A stretch of DNA of 64,000 nucleotides from Paramecium tetraurelia. Lineage: Eukaryota. Positions within the stretch are counted from its first letter, which is position 1. Each line of letters opens with the position of its first letter. The DNA lies in assembly GCA_000165425.1 (NCBI GenBank), contig CT867990.1, positions 62,001 through 126,000 on the forward strand, in the 5' to 3' direction. The notes under the pieces were generated by a model that worked only from the letters and a program-made list of their open reading frames with translations, did no database searches and had not been told where the DNA came from. Both the position numbers and the translations under genes were made by a program. Shown one piece after another: positions 53,859 through 64,000 of the stretch.

Positions 53859-53892
53859 TTATAAAATATATTTCAAATTACATATCAATTCA

Positions 53893-56800
53893 TCATATCA
53901 CCTTCTAATTTAAATACTAATTTAAAATATCCTATTTTGAACCCAAAGCAACGATTTTTCCTTAATCCATAACCATCACCTGATCAAACATATCAAGCAA
54001 CTCTAATTTATGAGTTATTGCAATAACAGTTTTATCCTACTAATAACAAGATCATAATACTTTCATAAATAAATCAAGAGTCAAATTGATTAATTAGCAA
54101 TATTAATTGTCTAGGTTCCCTGTGCACTCATCCAAAATTACGATCCTTCTCTTTTACAATAATACTCGACACAAAACTAATAACTATTTTTCTCCCAATG
54201 ACAAATTAGAACCATAAGGTTCTACTTGATATTACAACTCTTCCAATAATTTTACTTAAGATAGCCCATATTTGGAGAGAGTTCTGATTATTTCTATAGG
54301 ATTATAAGCATTATTGGGATCAATATTCTATTAGATTGTGCCTTCGAAAACAAAAGGATCTTAAGACACAACAGAAAATAGAGATCTTATTCTATTAATG
54401 CTTGTGTGTCTATTATCCTATCCAAGTACCTTTAAAGATCCTGAATACGGTTCAACTAACCTTGTGATACAATGCATAAGACTGGTCTTTCCAGCTCCAG
54501 TTCTGCCAAGGATAGCAATCTAAAAATAGAATTATTGCAACATACTTTTTATCTCTATTTTAATTTGAATGAAACATCTGTTAATACAGTGGCATTTTTG
54601 TATTGTAAAGTCACGTTGCTTAATTCTAGGACATTTTATTCTTGCAATTCTTACACACTCTCAACAGAATTTATGGTCATCATTTCAATTTAACTGATGC
54701 TATCATGATCACTGAAATGAATATCGTCATTTCTTCTATCCATTGGATTCTCAAAATCGCTGTATTATTGAGTGGACAAATCTTCCTTTGGAATATTATT
54801 AATCAAAGATAGACACCTTTCAAAATAAACATTGTTAGAATAAAATGATTAAAATGATAGGATGAAACTAGTAAATCTTTCACCTAGACTTACTGCCAAA
54901 TACATTGAGATGGTTGCAGATTCCTTATTATCAATTTTGTAAATGTACTAATTATTGATTCAAAATATATACATTAACTATCAAAATGCATACATACATT
55001 ATCAGCATCAAAAAGCAAGTTATTTGGATGAACCAAGCAGATAATGCAGCAGCACAAATCGAATTCTTTGTATAAACATTAAATTGTTAATAAAAGCATG
55101 ATACTTAATTTTAAGTTTATTTGCAATGTCTATTAAATAAAATACCTTAATGAGTTTGAGTTAATGTGTTCAGCAAGGGAGATTTAGAAATTGCTTATAA
55201 TCTGGACACCTCTAAATTGATTCTAATGTATTTCAACATATATTATGTTTGCAACAACAAATAACAAATCAAAATTGGGTATGATAACGCACTTGATAGA
55301 AATAAACATCCTAATACTGATGCCATAAAACTAAAGATGCTATCAAATAAGGATGATATCAAAGAAGGAGTATTCATATCTAATCGTATTAAATAACATC
55401 ATACCGAATTGGAAAATATCATTTGTCATTCTATTTTTTATTATGCTAACTAAAGTAACATTATAAAAATCAGCTACTGATGCCTTTAATAGATTATTGA
55501 TAATGTTATTATGCAGAAGCATAGAAGCAGTCACTCCCTTTGAAGTTAAATAGATTCCACTAAATAGAGTGAACAAGGCCATCAAAATGTGAGAGAGTGG
55601 ATAAAATAATAAAAACTATTCGACTGCATCTGCCTTTTATTCTTCAGTGGACTGATCTGAATTGGAAATCTCAGTGATGGATTTCAATTTCAATTAATAA
55701 AATGTTGAACAACACATTCCTGATATACAAAATAGAATTGTCAACACTAAAGTCTAATATCTTCCAAATAATTGGTATAGATATTTGAAAATCTCCATTT
55801 GAAGACTTCCCAAAGATCTATCTTCACTTTCCATAACCATAATTTATTATTTATCAATTAGGCTATACAATTGTCTATTAGATTGCTAATTGATTGTAGT
55901 TTACTAGACTTATTAGACTTATTAAACTTATTAACCTTCAATTAAATCAAGAGAATCTAAGTCATTTGATTAAGAATTCCCTTAAAATTTATCTAAACTG
56001 CCATTATAGGTGATCGATCCATCTTCAAGTTAAATAATTCTGTCACATACTTTAATCTAGTTTACATCATTGCATGTCATAATTATAGTTTTCTTTTCCT
56101 TTTGACTAATTTAGTACAATGCATCCATTAATTTCTTAGCAGTTTTATGATCTAAAGATTCAAAGGGACAATCAAGCAAATAGATATCGCTGTGCCTATA
56201 TAAAGTTCTTGCTAAATGAACCCTCTTTCTTTGTCCTCCACTTAATGATTGACCGTCTTCTCCTACTTCACTATTATGTCCACTCTCCATCCTTTGAATG
56301 TCCTCTAACAATTAAGTTGTTTTTATAATTTCAAGATATCGATCCAATTCCATAACTGACTCATCAATGATATTTTATTTGATAGTTCCTTAAATCAAAA
56401 AAGGTTCTTATGATGCTACTGAAACACTTCCATTTAGGTATACAAATGAATTCTCAATTGTTTTTTCTAATTCTCCCAATAAACTATTCAATAAAGTACT
56501 TTTCCCTGATCCATTTTTTCCAACAATCACAATGAATTCCCCTTTTTATATTGAAAGATTGATATTCTTTAATTAAAATTGATTTTTAGAATTTCTCCAT
56601 CTAAAATTGCCTTCCCTAATTAAAATTTAGACTGATTATGCTTGCATCATTTATTATTCTACATCCTTAGATTAAATGAAATCCATATATCTCTTTATTG
56701 ATGTTTTAGCCATTAATAACTAACCCAAATTGTATGGGATAAAATTGACAGCCGAAATTAATTAAGCATAATTCTAAGTAACCATCAAGACAGATTTTAA

Positions 56801-57851
56801 ATTAAAGATGTCAAAAATCTTCATTGTAAAATACATAACTCCCACTGGAACAATAGAAAACGATGCCTTCACAAAAAAGGATAATTTCTATTAGATGGCA
56901 ATGTTGGACATCTCGATATTTCTTTTGTCTCTAATCTTTTATAAGTCTAACAATTACTCGATTGAAAAAGAATTTATAATAGCAATTCTGTTTTATTGTC
57001 AAAATGCCCTTCAATAGTTCATCCATATTTGATACACGACTATCTCTTGATTTCATTATCTTTTTTTACAAACTAAAATATCAAATTATATTTACTTAGA
57101 ATATATACTTCCATATATCAATGAAATTCCTACTTGGATAACCATTCCAATCAAACCGAAGGATGCTGCCAAGCCGACTGTTTAAAAGTATATATAAATG
57201 GCTCCACAGATTTAAAATGGTGTTAAAAATAGAGATACTCCGCAATCAAACAAAATTGTTATTTGTGGAATATCGATTTAAAACAAATTTATTATTTCTG
57301 CTTAGGAAGGCAATGGTAAGCATGCAGTAAATAATTTGTGATACAAAATAGAAGACAAAGCAGCTTACACCTCAATCTAGACTTATTTCTATTAATTATA
57401 AATGATGCATTACTAAATAAAAGCTTATTATGGAAACTTAACAATAAACTGACATTATCCATCCAGTAAACAACAAGGTGGTTTTTAAAAATTACCATAT
57501 ATCCAACCCAGGTGAATCAAACAGTTCAACAATCATGTTTATAAGAAAAGGATTTAACAACAAAATTCCCATAAGTCCAACTTTCAGCAAAACTATGCAA
57601 ATCCATTGTTTTGGATAACTTTTTAATAGTGAATATATCAAGCTCTCTTTGTTTAATTGAAATTTGATGGTCTAATGTTCGATACTCTCCTAGGAATTGA
57701 TATTGAAAACGTCTTTCTACTCCAAGTTTCTCTGATGAGTTTATACAAATTAATTTAACCAAGTAAATAAATATGTAGTTATTCCCTTTTTGTTAGTGTA
57801 ACATTCCAATAATTCCGATTATTAATGTTCAAAATTCTAATACTCTAACAT
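53893..57851 (-). CDS. ABC transporter, ABCC/MRP family (TMD-NBD-TMD-NBD)
   Basis: Lasso YLFTWL; NBD1 GKNGSGKST, LSGGQRKRV, IYLLDCPF; NBD2 GRTGAGKTS, LSLGEKQL, IVILDECT, ITHKL; several tiny introns. Confidence 0.92.
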
Positions 57852-57885
57852 ATAATTATATATATTAATATTAATATCAAAATAT

Positions 57886-58282
57886 ATGAGCGAAAGTGAA
57901 AGTGAAAAGTAAGATGCTTAAAAAGATTATTACAAAGAGGCTGTGAAATTATATTATTATAATTGTATCTTGTACAATCATGTAAGGAATATAATAAATG
58001 GAGTTGGAAAAAGTTATGACAGAGAGAAATGATCTAAAAACTAAAGTCCTTAAATATGAATTACTAGGGGGAGAATTGGCTTAATTGGATGACGAAGAAA
58101 TTATGAATTAACTGGAGGATAGAAAGAAGAAGAGTAGAAGAAGTGCTGCAGATATTGATCGTCAATTTTTTTGTTCCTTTAATAACTGCAAAAAAGCTTA
58201 TGGCACAGAAGCCTCACTTACTTAGCATTAAAAATTAAAACATGGTTAAAACAGCGGCATGGATGCATATTTTAGAATTTGA
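57886..58282 (+). CDS. Small coiled-coil plus single C2H2 zinc-finger protein
   Basis: RRSAADIDRQFFCSFNNCKKAYGTEASLTQHQKLKH; one intron. Confidence 0.85.
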
Positions 58283-59610
58283 TATAATTATTAGAAAATT
58301 TATATTGTTAATAAATTTCTTTTTAGCTATGACATTTTTTTTTGAGGAAAGGAAAAAATTATCTACTTACAAAGAAAACTGTACTAATTTTTTCACCAAA
58401 ATATCTTAATAGTATTATTGGGATGATTCCACAAAGTCATGTATATCTTTCATAAAATATTGAATGATTTGTATAATATAGAAAGAAATAATGCTAATAT
58501 TAAAATACCAAGAGATAAGTACATATCAACTTCCTCTTCAATAAAGAGCTAATTAATTAATAGATATTAGAGAGTACCCTATTGGCACATTGTGCTAAAT
58601 CAATGTTAAGACGTCCAGTACACCAATTTAGTAATTAAAAATAAAACGATTATCAATTTTTACAAAGCCATTTCTTAATGAATATTTGGATATTAATTCC
58701 CCTAAAAATAAGAATTAAAAAAACTTTGTTTGCAATTCTTGGGAAAGAGCATCAAAGCACTTTAGATGAATATCTAGAAACTATCTAAGAACCTAAATGA
58801 AATTGAAAAAAATAAAATGAAGTCTCGTATAAGAGATGTACTTTCAGATGGTTTGTAAAGCCTCTCCTTAATTAAACTTAAACGATCATTACATATTTAA
58901 GTTTATTAAATCTTCTCTTAATTTAATTAAGAATATTTAAGAGTTATCTTTTAATTTAGAAAATCATAATGACGAATTCAAAATTATAACGATATCAAAA
59001 AGATGAATAAATACTGATCCTCAATTCAAAAATTAATTTTGATGGTTCTAAATTTTAATTAAGCATCTTAAAGTAGATGATAAAAATTAATACCATTTTC
59101 CATTAATTCATTTACATTGCTTGAAATTATGTTTAACTTAAGTTTCCTTCATTATTTTATGTAACCTATATATAACAAAAATATGCTTGAATATATTGAA
59201 TTATTGGTTTAGGTATTGCGAAGTGTGCTTTATTCAGAAAATTAAGACTAATATTTGAAATAAGGATACTTTTGGGAGCAATTTATAAAGTACTAATAAA
59301 AAGATTATTGAAACAACTTAGATAAGAGGATAAATTAAATTCTAAATGTCATAATGGTACACCATAAAATTTTATTAAAAAAATTAACAAAACTTAACTA
59401 TCCCAATCTGAAATTTTTGCTTATTTTTAATTAAATATTCAATAAGTATATAATTTATCCTAGCTCAATTCTAGGTTGGATATTTAATAATGTTTAATGT
59501 TTAATTTTTCAGTTGAATTAAGGATTCTTCAGATTATGAAAACAGTAATTTCCGTAAAATTTATGAATTCATCATCATTTTATATTAATTAATTTTCTAA
59601 TTAAGTAATT

Positions 59611-61798
59611 ATGGACTTTGTAAATGAGAAGTATGCTGTCATTCCCAAATCGTTGAAGGTAAAATTAATTCTTTAAGTGAGAGTGATGAAGAAATTCAAA
59701 AAAGTATGGCACCAGAATGTAATTCATTTGTGGATAGGGCTAAATTTTTATTGATGAATGGATAAAGTTTCCAGAAATCGTTTGTGGCACAAAATATTCG
59801 AGAATCTTTATCAGATCCCAAAGGAGCATTATTATTATTAGAAATAATTGCAAATTAATTACATTCATTGCATGATGAATCTTTGCTAAAAGAATACATT
59901 AAAGCAGTGAGTGAAATTTTCAATAAAATCCAAGTATGAGTATTAATATTATTAGATCCCCAATCAAATAAAATAGTCTTATAGTGACATTTGCTTCAAT
60001 ATTTTTACAAAACAATATCAATAATATGAGATCATCAATTCTTGTGCTGAGATCTTAAAATATTTAGATGATCTTGACATTTATAAAGAAGGATTGTATC
60101 TTGAGACTGATAATCAGATGTACCAAATATTAAAGATAATCGAAATTTATTATCATAAATTTACACCTGAATTAAAAAAATAGGCTCACCTTTAAATTAA
60201 ATCCAGTATGAAGCATAAAGATGAACGAGTTCGTAAGGTTATTTCAGAAATATTACTCAGTAATCAATAATTATTAAAATCTATATTACATGAATTTGAT
60301 TGGATTGATAAATTTACAACATTAATATACGATTCATCAAAAGATGTTAGAATGAGTTCAGCCAAATTTTTTTTAGCTACTTATGACCTGAATGAAGAGA
60401 TTCATAAATCAAGATTACAACTTTTATTAGAAAATATTATCAAATAATTAGATTCTACATAATTTGAGTTCTGCCAATCAATTTCATAATATGTATAATA
60501 TTTTCATTATATTTAGAGTTTAAATCAGGACACCTTATAATCTCTTTTCATCGAAAAAATAAGCGATATAATTAGCAATAATAATGATAATCAATTTCTA
60601 TTTTTAGAAACATTACATTCCTATTATTCAATAATAAAATAGTTCAATGAGAAACACTCTATTTAGATAGATGATATGTTATTAAATTCGATATAAATTC
60701 TTTCAGAGGAGATGCGAAATTATGACATATTAAAGTGTTTGTCAAGTTTATATTCCAGTTTATCCTAGGATATGTAATTTAAAGTAATTTAAAAGCTATT
60801 TATTAATTTTGAATTGAATTAGCTTATATTTATTCCTTATTTATCTGAAATCATTGAAAAAGCAACATTGATAAATAAGAATAAAATTTGGCTATAGTAA
60901 CTTTAAACAATTTATGAGTTGTTTAAAAGAAATGTATTTCAATACGAAACAAAAGGGTTGTGGAATGAAATATCAAATATGATTGATATAATGATAATAG
61001 TATCCAGAATTTTATTTTTACAGAAGGATTTTCTATAATAATGTTTAAAAATGAGTCATATGGGTTCAAAATTTATAAGAGATAAGATTATGAATTTATT
61101 AATAGAAAAGATTATTGAATTAGACTCACTCGAAAGTAGAGATTCAATAATACAAAATTATTTAGGGTTTATTAATCATTCAAATTACTAATTAAGATAA
61201 TTATCAATAGAATTCATTTTGAAATTATGTTAATAAAGATCGAGAAAGTTCTTTATATCTAACAATTTGATTAACATATTATAGTTGCAATATGATGCTG
61301 TTGGGTTAGTAAGAGCAAAAATTCCGAAATTACTTTTTCAAATGAAGTTATTATTTTGGAATGATGAAAAAGAAATTCTAAGCAGGATTGCATAAATCTT
61401 CCAAAACCTGATGAATGATAAGAAATTATCCATTCAATAAGTACATACTTATATAATAAGATTTCCAAAGAATTTTGGGCTGAATTATCGAATGTGTAAT
61501 TTTTCAACGCGTAGAAAACAATTGAACAAAACTAAATAATGGATGAAAGGGAATAATAAGAATATGCAAATTTAAAAGTATAAAGAAATAATATAAGGTC
61601 ATTAAATAGCAGCTGCTGCTTAATCCTAAAAATATAAAGAATGATGTTAGCAAATCCAGAAATCAAACACCCACAACAAGATTGCCACCATTAAATAAAA
61701 GATAGAATAATTTCTTGTAAATTCCTAAAGGCGCTTAACCTAGAAAAATTTCTGCTTAAAGATCTATTTTATCAAAGTCTCCACAACCCTTTAAATGA
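59611..61798 (+). CDS. HEAT/ARM-repeat protein resembling PP4 regulatory subunit 4
   Basis: DRAQFLLMNGQSFQKSFVAQNI recalls the PP4R4 N-terminus; HEAT-like KDERVR, DSSKDVR; basic disordered tail. Confidence 0.55.
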
Positions 61799-61816
61799 TT
61801 TATTATATATTTTAAA

Positions 61817-62659
61817 ATGTTCACATTTAGAACAATTTATAAATACGCCACCTAAACAGTTGATACAGAAGCTCTATTAAAGAAACTCTAGACAAAGTCT
61901 CTAGTCACCTTAACAAGGGACAATTATTAATTGAACATGGGTTTATTGATCCAAAGAGATATAATATTTCTTCATTATACAGAAGAGGAGATGAAACTTA
62001 GAAAATTTAGATACTAATTAGGTAAGATTTGAGGTATAAACTGTTAATAGAAAAAAGAAATAATTATATTCCTAAATTGCCAAAGGAATTGCATGAATAT
62101 ACTCATTTTACTGGAGATTAAAACGTTTTTGGAGATGAGACTGCAACCCATGTTAGATTGGTTGGAGATGTCCGAACAGTATTTTTGGAAAATAGTAAAT
62201 TCTTTAAGCATTGCGGTAAATAGACAAGCTGATTCTTAGATCCAAATGAAAAGAATAATAAGCTGATTTAATACAATTCTTCACATACTGTATACTTATT
62301 AGTAAAATAAAATGGAGTTTGGGGATTTCCAAACATCAATATTGAAGAAAAAGAAACTTTTTAAGAAACACAAACAAAATTATTCGAAAAAATGACACAA
62401 AATTCTTGGCAAGTATTATTACCATCTCATTTAGGTATATTATTTCAACAGAGATCCAAGATTAGTGACCGTCAATCCTAATTCTGATGAAAATTCAAAA
62501 ATTAAAGGAGTCAAAACAATCTATTTTTAAGCAAAGCATTTATAAGGGAAAGTCAAGATTTTCGGATATGATGATTGGGCCTGGGCTTCCAGGTTAGAAA
62601 TGAATAAATACCTAACAGAAAATGCATATAATTAGGTTATTCATGCTTTAGATTTATGA
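61817..62659 (+). CDS. Mitochondrial ribosomal protein mL46-like (Nudix-like fold)
   Basis: Presequence-like MFTFRTIYKYA; TVYLLVKQNGVWGFP...KTIYFQAKHLQG...DWAWASRLEM; intron 62216-62239. Confidence 0.7.
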
Positions 62660-62737
62660 GTTATATATTTTTAAGTATATTTAAGAAAATAGTATATTTT
62701 CTATTTTGATGATAAAGTAATTAACAAACGATATTAA

Positions 62738-63361
62738 TCAAATTTTAAACTTAGGTTTCAGAGACTTCTTTTTTGGAAATATTTCTCTATTCTCCTTATC
62801 ACAATTTGGTTCTTGTAAAGAATAACTAATATTTCTTAATGGTTATTTCGTTATCAATTCAATTGAATAATTGTGTCTTTTCTACAAAGGAGTATTAGTT
62901 GAAAAGTCTTCATTAATATTATTTGAGATTTATTTCAGCTTCTTTTTCAAATCTTAATTCGTAGAACTTAATTTTTATATAGCAACTTAATGCTCTTGAT
63001 GAACCAATTTTAAAGCTTAAATTTCTTAACCATAACCATCCAAATTTTTTGCTAAAAACCTTTCGAATTAAAACAATTATTTATTTATGTTGCTGATCAT
63101 CTAATTATGATCTATTTTCAAATTTATTTCTCTAATTACCCAAGCACAAAGCTGTTTATACTCTATTAATACAAATTCTAAGATATTATTGTTGCTTGTG
63201 TGCGATTTTTTCGATAAACAATTTTATTAAGATCCCCCACTAAAATGAAGATAAATTAACTACTTGAAAGGTACTCTTAATGGAGTTATTGATTATTCTG
63301 ATTTACAGGAGGCTCTATAATTTTGAGAAATGTTTGAAATTGTACTCTTTAATGTCTTCAT
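62738..63361 (-). CDS. Hypothetical protein
   Basis: ATG 63361, coding-like frame with a candidate 24-nt intron; 3' end approximate. Confidence 0.5.
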
Positions 63362-63484
63362 ATTATTCGTTAAAATAATAATCAAAATTATATATTATTA
63401 GACAATACTAATTATCAAATGTTTATTATAATTCAAGTCAAACGGCATAACATCATTTTTATTTATAGGCAGAATGAGAATTAA

Positions 63485-64000
63485 TCATTTTTGATCTTCT
63501 TTGAATTATTAATAATGAGGGGTAATAACGATAGAAATAAATTCTAAAGAACCTTACACTTTTAACACCAAGTGAAAAACTTTTCTTACCAATTTAATTG
63601 AAAATCAAAAACTACAACAATAACTACTTTAGAAATTGACTATCTAAATATAATAAAAGATAATTATTAATCTTAAATTGTAAAAATAAATTTTGCCATT
63701 TAAGTACAAACATCTTTGTCTTATATAAACTCTCATATGACATTATAATTATTGAGATTTTTTGCTCATAATTTTTCATCATTGAATACATCCCTTAAGC
63801 CATAAGAATTTGTGCTTTGATAGCAATAAAATCTTCGAAGCTTTCAAAATTGACTGTTTTCTTTATTTGTGTTTTTCTTTTCAATGCTGATTATTTAAAA
63901 AAACTTTTTCAATATTTTTTATTCCTTTCAATTTATATTCTGTTAGATGATTATTTTTTTTATTATAATCCTATACTTTAGAAAGGGATTTTTCCTTCAA
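63485..64000 (-). CDS. 3' part of a hypothetical protein running off the window
   Basis: Long ciliate-code frame ending at TGA 63485. Confidence 0.5.

Noticed and set aside
62228..62232. In-frame TGA as possible selenocysteine or readthrough (also near 35808)
   Set aside because: Both lie within canonical tiny introns, with no redox motif context.
1..64000. Telomeric repeats, transposons, IESs, CRISPR or prokaryotic systems
   Set aside because: I saw no tandem C4A2/C3A3 arrays, transposase or RT motifs, or spaced repeats. Short IESs cannot be excluded by eye.

Overview
Very AT-rich, gene-dense eukaryotic DNA with the hallmarks of a ciliate somatic (macronuclear) genome, most likely Paramecium: TAA/TAG read as Gln, TGA as the only stop, GT..AG introns of about 20-30 nt, and intergenic gaps as short as 18-50 bp. 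The supplied standard-code ORF track fragments or misframes most genes, so I re-translated them by hand in the ciliate code. The window holds about 30 protein genes and one tRNA-Arg(UCU). Recognisable products: a PLK4/SAK-like kinase, Myb, HSF and C2H2 factors, RING proteins, LRR and ankyrin proteins, eS25, an enlarged CD36-family protein, a giant USP9X/24/34-like deubiquitinase, a four-domain Cav/Nav-type channel, an ABCC transporter, a PP4R4-like HEAT protein and mL46. The most notable theme is intact but catalytically altered genes: a zinc-less cytosolic carboxypeptidase, two CDPK-like pseudokinases, two paralogous membrane proteins resembling dead histidine kinases, and a channel with an N/E/D/N filter. 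Gene ends and intron boundaries are manual estimates and family assignments rest on remembered motifs, not database searches.
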